DNA from: Laetmonice hystrix
Taxonomy: Eukaryota
Direction: 5' to 3'
NCBI GenBank assembly: GCA_965235115.1
Contig: OZ249436.1
Span: 11,472,001 to 11,536,000, forward strand
DNA: 64,000 bases
Shown: one piece after another, positions 12,455 through 27,021 of the stretch
Position numbering within the stretch: position 1 is the stretch's first letter
Layout of the letters: every line of letters starts with the position of its first letter
The notes under the pieces: model-generated
What the model was told of the DNA's origin: nothing
Database searches by the model: none
What the model saw: only the letters and a program-made list of their open reading frames with translations
Position numbers and translations under genes: made by a program

Positions 12455-12981
12455 GGTTCAATGTTCCGTGGTCTCCACCCATTTTTCACGGTGTCCTCAT
12501 GACAGGCCATTGACTGACCACTCGTTCTGGTCCAATGTTCCGTGGTCTCCACCCATGTTTTCACGGTGTCCTCGTCATGACAGGCCATTGACTGACCACT
12601 CGTTCTGCTCCAATGTTCCGTGGTCTCCACCCATGTTTTCACGGTGTCCTCATGACAGGCCATTGACTGACCACTCGTTCTGGTTCAATGTTCCGTGGTC
12701 TCCACCCATGTTTTCACGGTGTCCTCATGACAGGCCATTGACTGACCACTCGTTCTGGTTCAATGTTCCGTGGTCTCCACCCATGTTTACACGGTGTCCT
12801 CGTCATGACAGGCCATTGACTGACCACTCGTTCTGGTCCAATGTTCCGAGGTCTCCACCCGTTTTTCACGGTGTCCTCATGACAGGCCATTGACTGACCA
12901 CTCGTTTTGGTCCAATGTTCCGAGGTCTCCACCCGTTTCACACAGTGTCCTCGTCATGACAGACCATTGACTGACCACTCG
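12455..12981. repeat. Minisatellite, ~7 copies of a 74-78 bp unit
   Basis: caatgttccgtggtctccacc recurs at 12459, 12533, 12611, 12686, 12761, 12839 and 12913. Confidence 0.95.
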
Positions 12982-13235
12982 AATTCTCATGTTTAGGACC
13001 CAACCAACGTCACGGCCAATTCACATACTAAATACCTGAGGACCCTTCAAAAAGTCTGACAGCTTCGCCACATCGTACAATGGCTCTGCCCCCCCCCCCA
13101 CGTGTCTGTCTATATTCGTTATACATGGCACTTCTCTCACAGTCGATAGCCAACTTACTTCGCTTCACTGCAAAACGCTGCTATCTTAACATACAACTTA
13201 AGTCTTCTCATGACTTGCATTATCGAACAGTTAAC

Positions 13236-13365
13236 CAAGGGCGTCCGCAGGAAATATTGGGGGGGGGGGATTGATGAAAATTATATGTGAACTTAAGATT
13301 AATAAGACGGCAACAGAAACGCGGGGGTGGCAGCTTGCCCCCCCCCCCCCTTGCGGACACCCATG
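13236..13365. mobile_element. Short hAT-type MITE
   Basis: CAAGGGCGTCCGCA ... TGCGGACACCCATG with 8-bp flanks cagttaac / aagtgaac (6 of 8 match). Confidence 0.7.
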
Positions 13366-14226
13366 AAGTGAACTCCAAATACGTAACTTTGCAAAACGGC
13401 CCAAATCTAAACAACCACAATGCCTGCAGGACCATGCAGATGGTCATGCAGGCAAGAGGCTTTGGTCATCAATGATGGATCAATGCCATCTGGTGCTTCC
13501 AAGTTATGTACCTGAAATCATCACAGACCACCAGCTAACATCAAATATACGGTCGGGGAGTACAGGTGAAAGGTTTGTTAATGATGATTGAATGCCTAGA
13601 GTCAAAGGTCAGTTCTCATAATTAGCCGCAGATTCACTGACTGATACAAGCTTTAAATAGCATCACCAGAAAACTGGGTATGCTGGTGAGCAGCTAACTT
13701 ATAGACCCTAACAATTGACGTCCTTAGAAGTGAATGTAATCTGCTTCTAGTCCATAGTAATAAAAGCTCTTCGACCTGCAATCGATATCTGAATGCAAAG
13801 CAGCTACCTATAAATACCAATTGTCTGGGTTAAAAATACGTAGCGAGGGCCAGTCCCCGTTAAGCTGGACCAGTCCCCGTTAAGCTGGACCAGCGGGATA
13901 TCCAGCACTTGTACGGGCTTGAATGTAACCATTGTAAACATTGTAACGACTAGACGATCGGCCGATACAAGTCAGGGCAGACACTACCAAGAGATGACAC
14001 TCAATCCCTACCCTATACTTTCTGATGATATTGACATCCAACTAGCTACACCCGTCAATTTATAACACCTGTAGGAACTGTTCTTGGTTTTCTTTTTTCA
14101 CACTCATCGATTCTTTCACGACGGTACATCAATGAGGTCAATCACGGAAAGGGTCATGTTTTTCTATTTTTACAATAGTCTTATTTCAAGAAGGCAGTGA
14201 AACATTTACATCAAAACGACTTTTAA

Positions 14227-14504
14227 AGCAGTCTTGGAAAATCTCATAGAGAAATGTGTCAAAGAGATTTTTAATATATTTTGATTTTGCAAATGTTGAC
14301 ACATTGTCTCAATATGAAAGATGACTGTCAAAAATTAAGGCGTTCGTTGTATCAAACACATCATAATAATTCGAGAATTGCCAGATGATACCCTCACTTT
14401 TTTCTATTTCATCATAAAGGAGAATGTCCTGTAAAAAAAAAGGCTTACCAAAATTTAAGCTCCTCCGAACAGTTTGGAGCTGTAGCAATGTTTCCAGGAC
14501 TGCC
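14227..14504. mobile_element. Degenerate TTAA-type MITE
   Basis: TTAA|AGCAGTCTTGGAAA ... TTTCCAGGACTGCC. The right TSD is decayed. Confidence 0.45.
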
Positions 14505-17500
14505 AAAACAATGCCGTGTGGATTTCAAAGTATTACAAAGAGAGTGTCTGGGGAACACAGGAATACCACCGGCATGGTTCCAATCTTAAGGTTAAAGAAA
14601 ATGAGTGATTTGCTAACAGCTGATACGTGGTCAGAGGAGCATGACTGCTCCACATTCCGACAACCAAATGTGGACCACGGTGACCCCAAATAACTCGACC
14701 ATTATAATGGTTGGCATAACCTAGATTTAAAAATAAACTCACAGCATTTTTATATAATAATTCCAGTCCTTGGGCAAGAAAATGCTCACGATATGTGTTT
14801 AAAGAATAACGATATTGGAGAGTGGCTGTCTGCCCCTTAAGATATAGGCCAAGAAGTAGCACCGCTCCATTAAGGAGTCTCCTTGGGATTTGTAAGACAT
14901 CCAACCAGCCGGCTCGAAGGGAGTCTGTCTTAAAATGCACACAACCCCCTCACAAAAAACCGATCTCTGATACAAATCTTGTCTCAAATACCTTCAGCAG
15001 GTTCATGGCATCCAGCTATGAAAATAAAGCAACTTTACGCTACCTTTCTTTGTGTAAAGTAGGCGCTCGTCGAGGCGATCCCACACCCTTCCGACCGGTA
15101 AGGTATCCGAACACGTATCCGAGTGTCACCGACCGAGTGGGCTGCCTACATACCAGCCCTACAGGCCCACTCAACCCTCACTGCTGCCGTGTGGGGCGTA
15201 GATGTCTCGGAAGTAAAACCAGTCTTTAGGTCAGAAGTGAGAGCCAGCCAAGCATGCCCGCACCCAGCGTTGCAGATCTCGCGACTGGACTAATTAAGGT
15301 GGTCTCTCTCTGGGGCCTCCGAGGGGGCGCGCAAGAAACGCATGCAATTGGCAATTAAGGTGCGTCATGCAAATGAGGTGGGTGGGTGGGTAGCATTTTT
15401 CGAACCCCTGTCTGTTTTAACACCGCTACCAACATCATTGCTAATTACAGTGCATTGAAAAGATTTGTGCTTCTTTCATAGGGGCACTCTGTCATGGCGG
15501 CTTCTATTATGTGATGGATTTAATCCCTAAGTACCAAAAAGAGGGACTGGATAAAGCTTTGTCGCCATTCATTCAAGCCATCTGAAGGAATGCTCTAAAT
15601 AATTCATGTGCATTCCAGCAGACCAAATTGATAATCCTAGAAAAAATCGATGGTTCATGAAGACACTGAAAACACATTACGCTGGAGAAACTCTTTACGG
15701 GACCATTTTATCACTGTATTTACCGGGAGAAACCTAAACACAGCTAGCATGTTCGCCGTGGAACCTAGGTGTTTGACCCTGGTTACCATGAAAAAATGTT
15801 TCAGGTAGCAAAAGGCATGACCTCAGGGGTCAGATGACGGTGCAGACCTTGCGTGTCCTGTGCTCACGAATCTGTCTCTGTTCAGCATAATGTAAGATCG
15901 TGTACAACACAAAGAAATATGTCTGTGTTCCTGGCCATGCAACAAGTGACCCACGAATCGTACTAGAAGGCTTCATAAAGACCTACAGTAATAACCCATC
16001 ACTCACTCGTAATGCAACAAGAATATGGTTTGATCATGCAAAAATCCTTTCCCCATGAGTACTTTCCTTCTTCCATTTTCTCTTTAACAATTCTTTCTCT
16101 CAGTGACTGTAAGAAACTGCTATGTCACGCAATCCGGATAGAGAAAATCCCGGCTTTTTAATCAAGCCTTTCATCCCTCCATGGATCACTAAATATCACA
16201 CCTACACAGGTAAGTTATAGTGATGGTTGGCTGACTCTGCAGGTCTTACAGGATTCCAGTTTGACAGGAGCGGAATGCACACAGCAAGGGCACCGACCCA
16301 GAGGACGCTGACTCACTCTTCCTATGGGGTTTATTGGTTACTCTTGTTTCTTTATCCAAAACATTTCTCCTTTGTGAGGAAAAGTGTCATTATCTTTCCA
16401 AATTATACTGTGAGAACAAGAAAAAATCCAAACTCAATTTGCTATACACTACACTTGATGCATATATGTTCAAATTTCCCTCATTTATAAAGACAACCAA
16501 ACGCAAAGGGGGAAAAAGTACCAATATCCAATTTCCCCGGACAACCTGGACTCTTTGTAATGAGAGAATTTAAAGTAAGAAAATCATAACTAATTTAACC
16601 AGGTGCCTTGAGGTGTAACCGCTGTTGATGACATGTGACCGCCCCTTCGCTCTGTTTCTGAAGTGGCGTCTCTGCAGGGCAGGCAGCTCAGACAGTAGAA
16701 GTTCCCAATGTTTCTTGTTTTTGTGAAAGGACAATGGATTTCTGTGACGGGACATATTCCCATGTTATTTCTGTGGGTAGTGTCACTGAGTACTCTCAGC
16801 GCCCGTACGCGAGCTGTGCACTGGGGGAGCTGAAAGGTGTTGAAAGAATGACACGCTTAGCTTCTGGCAGACGTCGATGTCGAGCTCTCTCGGCCAGCAG
16901 GTCGCTGGCACTCCATCAAAATCTGCCAACCAGACCCAGCAGATATCCTTCCCTGGTGGGTCTGATTATACCTCGTATAACCTGTAGGTGGCATAATCAA
17001 AATGTTTACGGGGGCGGTCATCACGACAAGAACATTGTTTTTGAAGTTCGTTCAATTCCGTAGGCTCTGATGTCAATACCCCTACGCATGGGCCTCAGAA
17101 CTGGAGGAGGTGGGACTGATCCCCCAGAAATGTTCTTACGGGGGTATAAAAGGTCGACCCCGCCGGTGATGAGGTCGAGTTAGCCATTGTTTGAGAGGTC
17201 AAAGATTTACAATGTATCATCCCCCTCAACATGTCTCCTGACGCCATGCCGCTGGACGTTCACAAATCATGAACTCTGAGTAATACTGTGTAGGATCCCT
17301 TTGTTGTTGGCTGTTCATCATCCGCCATTGTTATAGCCTACAGGAACCGAGGTAAAACAAAGACAGTCTGCACAACGCCAGTGGATCCATACTTGTGAGC
17401 AGAATAAAGATTTGCCCACCTAAATATAATATATTACTGACCCTGCATAGTTTTTATAGGCCCAGTAGGGCCACCGGTTGTTTTTATAAGTTCCTTTCAT

Positions 17501-18099
17501 GCGCTATATGCCCTTGAGATCTGTTTCAAAAACTGATACCGGTGACAAAGTTGTAAAAGCTATGATATTCCATGCTTTGAAACCTGAACCCTTAATTTAA
17601 GATAATGTATTCTGAAGTACGCTACACCTGCCACATAACTCTACCCATTAAATATCGGAAATCCTTACAAGTGGCATAACAAATAGAACATAAAAACATA
17701 AATAGAACATTTATAGCTCTCAAAAAAAGCTGCTGGTGGCTCTTTTATACTGCTAATATCATTCCAAGCATGATCTCGTACAATCCATCTAGAAAGAAAT
17801 ATTTTTCAATTCCTACTAAAGCACTCCTGAAGTTGGAATTCTAATGTGGCCGATACTATGTTTGTTTGGGCATGTTTCTTTCTCTTAAACAACTTACCTA
17901 TCTCTACTCTAATGTTATGATACTGAAGCAGTGTAGATGACAAGACATGATGAAGAGAGATGTCCCATTATGAGAACGAAGATATGGACATGTTGAAGAA
18001 TGCCTGGTATGTTACTAGTCCCTGATGTTAAGCAGTACCATATAGCATCAAAGGTAGCCATGCGTGAAGTTGTTGCAGGAGATGTGCAATCAGGAGTTT

Positions 18100-18260
18100 C
18101 GCTCATGAAAATCTTCAAGCTTACTGTCACTGACAAACAGATTACTGGAACATACTTGTCATCTTGGACAGCCCGTGGAAAAGATAGCTTTCGAATACAA
18201 TACCGGTATGTGAGCAATACTACAACAATAGGGTCAGTCCCCTGCTTCATATCTTGGATG
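18100..18260 (-). pseudogene. Decayed LINE ORF2 C-terminal fragment
   Basis: YCIRKLSFPRAVQD..VP.....TVSLKIF resembles the CR1/L2-type tail KxSFFPRTxxDWNxLP...SLxxFK. Confidence 0.3.
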
Positions 18261-18535
18261 ATTTTTAGCTATTTAGCAAGATTTAAAGATTATGGAAATA
18301 AAAGGCAGGATCGTACGTTGTAAGCATGGATACATTTTGATATAATATAAGTGCGACCAGTTAGCCTAATTGTCAAGGGTTATAACATTTCATCAAAGTA
18401 CTCCACTTCCCTAGAAATCTGAACATTCACTAAGATGGCATTAAAAGTATTGCAAAAGACATTAAATCAATAAAGAAGCAAATGAAATTCAATTATATGA
18501 TATGGATATATATTATACTACGTGTCATGCTTTAA

Positions 18536-18875
18536 AGGTGCTATTCGTGAACAAAAATTCAATTATTTTATTTTTAATTTTGTTGACGTTTATGTGATCC
18601 CACCTATCATGGAAATAGATTCACAACAAAGGAAATCAAAATTTTTCATGGATAACGGCACAAATGGGGCTCTCTCAGAAGGCCTGTGGAGACCCTGACA
18701 CGCCCCACCATAGGAAATGGCTCTATCTCGGTGCGCACCGAGATAGGTTTCAAATGCTGCACACAGACTAATAGAAGGTTTATCAGGCCAATGGTATCGG
18801 TAGGAATTTTTTCTAGTACTATGTGCACAATGTATGATAGGAGAAATGCCATTCTGTGCGAGACGAATAGCACCT
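18536..18875. mobile_element. TTAA-flanked MITE (Kolobok-like)
   Basis: TTAA|AGGTGCTATTCGT ... ACGAATAGCACCT|TTAA: perfect 13-bp TIR, TTAA TSD, purine-purine start. Confidence 0.85.
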
Positions 18876-21800
18876 TTAAGCAAATTTTCTCCCAGCTAAT
18901 TTTCTCAGTTTAAAACTCTCTCGGATTTCTTAATTCAGACTGAGTCGATATCTAAGCTGCACACTGGAGGTGTTTAATAGAGGTGTTTTACTATCCGTTT
19001 ACTATCCATTTTAATATCCATTTATGTTGAATTTATTTCTAGTGATTCACTTCTAGTTAGTAACCTCATCTGGACAACGACTTTAATGTATGACCTAAAG
19101 ACAACGCGTGACTCTGAAATAACTTTCCAGTTCTTCCAATTGTTTTTTAATTAAACTTACTTAAACCGGAAAAGGTTTCCATAGAACTGCATTTCGTTGA
19201 GCGTTGTTGGCAAAAGATCAGAACCAGATCATATACATTTCTGTGTACTCTTCTTTATAATGAAAGGGAAAGAAATTCCATTGCAGTTTGTATCTTCAGG
19301 CTGTTTCATTCACTAACGAGTCCGTAGTTTAACTCAAAAAAAGCCAAACTCGTCACATGACTCACTTGTGCATGCCCTAGTTCCCACAGACAGGCTTAAA
19401 ACGTTTCTCCGGGATCTGTTGGCAAAGACTTAGATTCTATGTCATGCCAGTGGGGTACCAGAAAATATTTAACATTTTTCCTTTCCAACAAAGCAATATT
19501 GAGAAAGCTATAATATCCCATTTACAGACTACTACTGCAACCATCCACCTACTAACACAAAATCAGGCCTTTTCACTGAAGTCTACAAGCAGTGTGAAGT
19601 CTTACTTCTTGAAGTTTATGACTGGTAAATGAACGTAAAACGACGTAGGTTATTTCTATGATGGATGTTACCATAAGGCACTGAGACATGCTCCTGGTGC
19701 CGTATTTAACGTGTTGATAGTTAAAGTGTTAAGGTGTCCTTTAGTAACATGACTTGGATGAATCACGATGTGTTGTTGATAATCTCCGTCATTGTACGAT
19801 CCGGGAATGGTGTCAACCACAGGTGTCCTCCGCTAAGGACCCTTCCATCCACCCTCAGCAGGCAACTTGTCACGAATTGAACACCGTCACAATTACTACT
19901 CATCCTAATTTCATTGCTCACTGGTCATTTTGAAATCATTTCAAAAACCTTTTCAATCATCAACCTAATACACCCTGTAATTTCCAGCAACACTTTGCTA
20001 ATCAAATATACCTGGAAACGTTGCAAATATTTTCAGCATTATGCTCGATTACCCAACGACAGAGGCAGGTGGATGATCCTACAGATTTCGTCCTGCAGGT
20101 TAGGGAGTGTCACCCAGATTACCCAGCGAGCTGGGGCATTTCACTTACATCAACACAAAGAGATCGCACCCCGGACCAGGGGGCCATCAGGGTGCACTTA
20201 GAGGCCAGGCAGGTATCTCCCGTGTCCAAGACCCATAAGCCACGGCCTTCCCGGCCCCACACGGTCCGCGCTAGGTGAGTTTGGGAGTCGGGTGAGAAAA
20301 AGAAAGCCTAGCAGGGACGGAGGAATGCCTGACCCGGTGGGAGCATGACGGGCATGCCTCACCGGCCGTGAATAAAAACCCTGTCCTTCCACCTACCCCC
20401 TTGACCCCCCACCCCCCCCCCCCCACCGTACCCACCCCACGCTACCACCCCATCTACCACCCCTACGCACTAGAGGATCCTCCAAACTGACACAGATGAC
20501 ACCCTGCAGTGTGAGTGCAGTGCTGCACCCCGTTGTTACAGGTGCTGCCCCCACACCACCCACTTCCCCCCATATAACACTACATAAACCTCCTATTTTT
20601 TCAACATACCAAATTCAACACGCAAAACTCTATCAGATAACAGGGGGAAATCTATATCAGAGGAAGATTTACCACATACGTAAATCTTCTTTTTTTGTTG
20701 GATAAAACCTTTGAACTAAAAAAAAATTCCTTTCTTAAGTCGTTTTAAGCTAGGTTACACCTTCATACGGTCCAAGTTAAAAAAATATATTTTCGATTAA
20801 CACATTCTAGCCACACGTCATGTTGTGTAGAAACTGTTGTAACCAGTCTGCCCACATGAATGGAAACGGCTATAATGAAGTGAAGTATCCCAATATTTCA
20901 CACCTTACCGTTTTCCCAGTGTGGTGGGGGGGGGAGAGATACATACGCCTACTGTTGTTAATTCCTTTCAGGGCACGTCAATGCGAAGTTTCATTCCAAT
21001 TTACCAGCGATCAGTTTTAAGATTCACCAGAAATTGCCACAACCCGGAGAACAAAAATTCCTACAATACTGGGAAAGATTGGGGACAGCCTGCAGGACTG
21101 TCAGTTGTTTGAACCCTTGGCAGGAGATGTGAGTTAGAGTCTAGAGTCCACTGAGGATAATCTCCCAACCCGTGTTGGGCGTGAAGACTCGTTGGATTCC
21201 GTGAGGACTCGTTGGCAGTCGTCTTATGCCACCCCACATCACCACCTGGCAACATGTTCGCCTCAGTCGGCCGCCGAGCGACATGATCCTTAACAAACAG
21301 ACTCTCATCTTGACCAAGTGACCTGACCCTCTTGACGCGGGTTTCTAGCTGAATCACGCCGGCTGTTCGCCTCACGGCGGCCTCACTCAACCATGACGGA
21401 GACAGACTGAAACAGTTTCTATAACCCGACAATATCATGACAGATCGGCCGATCCCCATAGCAGGTCACCTGGACCCATTACTTCTACAGGTGATGAGGC
21501 AACATTGTCAAACTCATGACAACAAAACTTATTTAGAAATCACCAGCTAGTCCTACTACATATACCGGTATGTAAGGTATCTCATGATAGCCAGATACCT
21601 TACAAGATGATACCACAACTCCATTTAAGTACACAGTTATTTTGAAATTTGGAATATTTCCAAATGCCTGCCCATCTGTATTTCACAGTTGAGTTAATCT
21701 GAGCAACTATTTAACAGGCATAACTAATACTACTGATTCAGACAGATAATCCATTTAAAATTCAATACCTCACACATAAAATCACAATAAAAACCCTTCC

Positions 21801-23258
21801 TTCGTTTGATTAACTTGTTCAGAAAATTATAAATATCAAGTAAATGACAATTGACATGCTATTTAATTAACAGTCAATCTACACGACGGATAGCACGACA
21901 TCCCCAGCAGCAAAACTGCTTAACATCCCCAAACTTCTTTTTATCTATAAAAAAAAAAAAACATTTGGTAGACTTGGAAGAGATGATATCTTTTATGGCT
22001 ATCTTAAAAAGAACCATTTTCTGTTCCTTGTTGAGAGACTGCCAAGATGTTGGTCCATGCTTGGCGGCGCAGACCGCCGGGTGGGGGTGGGTGGGGGGCT
22101 GGGCGTTCACGGACCACTTACACAGGGACGACTGTTTTAACATGTAAAGAAACGGTTCACGCATCATGTTACACTGACCCGTCACAAAATCAATCATTCC
22201 AACTGACCAACAGGTAAATGTACCGTGTCTTCTTCTTTGACACATGAAAGATTCGGACACAAATGATTATCAATAATTGGCATTGCGCCCAGTGTAAAGT
22301 GGCCCTGAATCAGGCCCCTTCAGGACACAGAGAGGTGCCCTCGTATTCCGCCTCCATTTCCTCTTACAGCCGACCCGCACCACCGCAGCTGGGTCTCTAA
22401 TAAAGGTAGTTTACATTCCTCCCTTATATAGATTGGCACTTGTGCTAACATTATTATCTAGTCTGTACGTCTGAATCTGTTTTACTTTTGATCGCCATCA
22501 ATTAACATTACATGTAATTATTTTACCACTGTCAACAGAATGCCATAATTCAACTAGATTTCTATTGACATATCGGATCATAAATAAATTCTGACTTTAC
22601 AAAGCGATTTTTTAAAGACATACCCTGTATACGGTGTCAATTTTAATGGTACATCAATCTACCTCTAGTTGATTAAAATAATAATATATAAGTACCGGTA
22701 TACATTTCTTTAACGCACAGCGGAGGTCGTACAATGCTTCAGGCTATCATTGTGTACAGTAAGTTAGAAGAATACCAGACAAATATAAATAGTAGGTCAG
22801 ATAAAAATAGCATCTCCTTCAGCCACTCACAATTCCACAGCAAAAAAGAGAGAAATCTTTCATGAATTCAATGCTCTCAATGTCAGCAGCCGACCACTAA
22901 AGTCCCTAAGTACCTGCTGTACGCACCGTCCATCGTATACTTGACCTTTCGTGGACTTTTCACGTGGTGAAACACCTACGACCAATCCTGCCATACAATG
23001 TCCACCCTCCCCCTCGTGAATGTTTCTGTCATGCTCTTTCTGTCCACGCCCTGTGCAAATCGTCGCTCTTCTCTTAGGTCTTAGCTTAATTAGTCGGGGA
23101 ATTCAATGTACTTCTTTCATTAACGTTTCATATAGTTCCTGGAACAGGAACAATGCATAGCTGTACCCGAAACTCACGATATAATCTTATATAAGTCTAA
23201 CAAAAATACTACCTGTCCTATTTTACTTATACCAAGAAAGATGTTATCATGCACCAGT

Positions 23259-23440
23259 GGGGCCGCGGTAGCTCAGTGGTCTTAACCTCTGGCTGATGAT
23301 CAAAACACCCCTGACCTCATCCCCTCCTTACTTAAATGAAGAATAGCTTGTTGTAACTTCTGCAGTTTCTCCAGGTATTCACCACCACTAAACCCGACCC
23401 CCTCCCCCCCAACTAAACCGAACTGTTGCTGACGTGAACC
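23259..23440 (+). mobile_element. Decayed tRNA-derived SINE
   Basis: Head ggggccgcggtagctcagtggt (Pol III A-box-like), followed by tttctccaggtattccaccaccactaaac, which resembles invertebrate SINE bodies. No intact cloverleaf or B-box. Confidence 0.4.
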
Positions 23441-26400
23441 CCCTCCCTGTTATCAGAGTTCGAACTCGGCGTGAAGAATTGACCTTTGTCCGGGAAGTGT
23501 CAGACAGGCGGAGTGAGGCGGGGGGGGGAGGACCCTTTATCTGTCCTCCATCCATGATTAATGACTTGGTTTGTTTGGGAGGACAGCAGGGGTTCCATGT
23601 AATGGTTTCAAGGGAATTGTCTTTACCCTTGCTCGGTCACACGGAAGACTTACCGTTGTCTTATCTACCCCTTCCACCATTGATTTATGTTTCCATATAC
23701 TACCTGCCAGTTCTGTCATAACACACAGCCGTACATCGGCTGTAAATTTGTCGAGATAAGAAGGAACCTCGAAGTATTGATATTATTTTCTTGGCTATGC
23801 GAGGGGCGGGAGGGTGTCACCCTCCCTCACCAAAGGCTCTTCAGCCCACCTTTAGGCCTGGTTCACATTGCTTTAAGCAGGTAGATTCTCGTCAGACCGT
23901 GACCAAAATAACATCTGCCATAATGGGTCCCACAGAGATCATGATGACATTATCTGATTCAGACAGTAAGGCATTGTCTTTTTTAAAAGTCTGCTCTGAC
24001 CCTTTTATAGGAATACAATCATAATGTGGGTCACCGTATTCAGATGGTTATTTGTGTCAGGTTAATAAAGCACATATATGTCTGAATATACCGTTAGGAG
24101 TGGGAATCCTCTTAACATTTGATTGATTTGCTTGTCAAACGTGGACAGACCGCGCGTTGTTCGTGCCTGTACTGTACGTGCACTGTGGAGCACCGCTACA
24201 GGCTGCAGCATTTAATTGTCTTGAAACTACCAGTCATTGTGGAGCTCCGAGCACTACAAACTGGCAGGAGGCCATGAACTTCACACCCTGACCCAGTCAT
24301 GGTCAAGACGAGCAGGCCCCAGGATATGTGTACACGGGTAACATGCATCAGTAGCCGCAGTTTTACACCTCCTGTTCAACGCTTCCTCTAACCAAGGGTC
24401 TATGAAGCAATCAGGAAGTAACATTTTATCCCTAGAATAGCAGAGGAACTCTCTCTCTCTCTCTCTCATGGAAGGTAGGCCTAACCATGCAAGGCGGCAC
24501 TGCAATGGGCAAGGACTATTGTAGATATCTCTAGATCACAGCATACTTAATACCAACGCTACACATATTGTTTTACCCGTGTATGACCATTCCGGAACAT
24601 GTCCAATCAATGTCATTTTATTCGATTTTTTCTTTGAGACTTGGAATTAATTCTGGTGGTTTTAATGAGTAGAAAAGATTGGGATACCTTAAACGCTATT
24701 CAGGGATCATTCATGCGTACGATAGCAGTTTGGCCTCTCTGGATAGCAACCTTCACTGCTGGATGGAGGCCAAGACACTTGTGAGCGTATACTGTGGGTA
24801 CCTTACTGAACAATGTTCCTTCAGGCACGTTTTGTGTCGTGGTACCTGAACCGTTCCAACGAGTGGGGCCTCAAAATGTCTGAATGCCAAAATGTGATAG
24901 GCCTATGTGAGGCTTCTCTTGCCTGCAACTCGCCTCATCTAGCCTTTGCATGTGCTTTCACCATGCAGCATAGAAGGTCAACAACCCTGGCCACAAAGGA
25001 ACTAAATTTGCAAGTCTAGGGCAAGGCTAACTTCACTAAGACCATGATCAAACCACCTATTGATTTTTCAAATGAAAGATTAAAAAAGGCGTCGAAAAAA
25101 TTGAAAATAACAAGTTTTTTTTCTGTTAGACCTAGATACATGCAATGCATTACCCATTTTAAACCAAGTAATTTTCACCTTACATTGAATCTATATATAT
25201 ATCTGATAGCTGATAAAGAATGCGACACATGACAAACAATGGTTCCAGAGGCCTCCTCAGGCAGCTTGTTAGATCAAACAACTGAGACATGCGATCGAAC
25301 AACAGGACCCTATGGGACTGAGCAAACCCGGAGCTATAGGCCTAACTCACGCTGAAAACCTTCATCTCATATTGGGTTATACAAACTAAAACATATCCTT
25401 GAGCTACACGTGTGAATTCTTAAGCTCTTTTTTATGGCTATATGATTTACAAAAAGATTCCGTGGCCATATCGTTGACCTACATTACAGTGTATATGTTG
25501 GTTTTTAAATATCGTATGACACTTCAGTACTTTATTCTACGTTACCGATGAAACAAGCCAAACTTCGACCGAGATATGGTCTTACACAACTTACACACAC
25601 CTGGACTGTGTGCACAGGTATTTCTAGTCATACCTTTAAATATATGTTCACTATATATATGCTCGCATCAACATTGGACAATAAACCCGCATTTACGCAC
25701 GAAGATTTTTAATACTCCATTTCCTTTCGTCTAGACGCAAGGTTTGCTCTAGAGGATTGGAGTACCTCAACGCTACATCTCACCTTCACCGATGTACTTT
25801 TACTAATGTATTGCCGTTTCCAAGGTTACATTTTTGATTATATTGTTTTCATGACCCCTAGTTTCACTGAATTTCTTTCCTTTTCTAAAGCAGTCAACTT
25901 AAAAGGTTACTTAGTTCAAAATTCTCTTTCCTTCCTGAAACAGATCTCTGACAAGAGTCCCTTCAATTAAAAAGGGTTACACCACAATTTGAATTACATG
26001 TAAATTCAATTTCAGTGCATACGCAATGGTAATTATTCTGACCTTCTCTTGACCCCTACATACAAGGTTACCTTAAGATTCCTAAATGCGTCTAAATATC
26101 GCGTCGTGATTCCAAGTACTGTCTGTGATTTACGACCGCCAGTGCTAAAGTCTCGGCCGTTTGCATGTTGTTCACACAATGCCAACAGTGTCACTTTTGT
26201 TGAAATGTAAAGTACCTGACGAAGGGTGGTGTGAATGGTGGGCAGTGCGGACACCGAGGGTATGTAAAAGTACCCCGGAATGTGCCATTGTTAATTACCC
26301 TACAGCCCGTTCAGTGTGGGTGCCTGCTGTGGAAAGGGAGATGATGAGGGGTTAATTAAGCAATCAGCACTCTTCTTTCACCTGTTCCTGAGAAACAAAA

Positions 26401-27021
26401 CACGTAACCAGGTACAACAGGTACGACCTTTCCCACATCCATTGTTTTCCACCGAGGAAGGCTAGTTGTACAGTATAAAGTTTGTTTTTTTAATGTCTAG
26501 ACTCTTATCTTCTTTTTCAACAGATTAACCTGAATTCACAGAATCGCCTAACGGAATTTGATATAACAACAACTTTGAATACTCTCTCGTCGGAACTGAT
26601 TCTTTCAAAAAGTTCCTTTTTAAATGCACTTGATATTTACACTTACTGATACCAATAAGTCGACGACTTCGTGTTAGAATTATTATACTGTACATCGTCA
26701 ACTGCAAGAATTCCCGTAAATCAGTATCCCTAACAAGTATACTGGAATATAATTACCGTTTTCATAACTTAGATACTTCTAAACCAATTTTGGGCCTGTC
26801 TCCGACTACATTTTAGACCCATTTACAAACACCGCGTGTGTCCGTGTCATTTACAGACATTCTAATCATGTTTGAACATGTTTTCCACAATCTTAACTTT
26901 CTTAGCTTTGAAGTTGAACCGCACCTGTTCCTTCGTGACATGTTGAACAACAACGATGTCGCCAACTTCTTGTTGATGTTTAGCCCAACAAATTAATTAT
27001 ACCAGCTCTACCCGAGCCCCG

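Noticed and set aside
23259..23335. tRNA gene
   Set aside because: Only the A-box/D-arm-like head is present; there is no T-arm GTTCRA and no acceptor-stem pairing.
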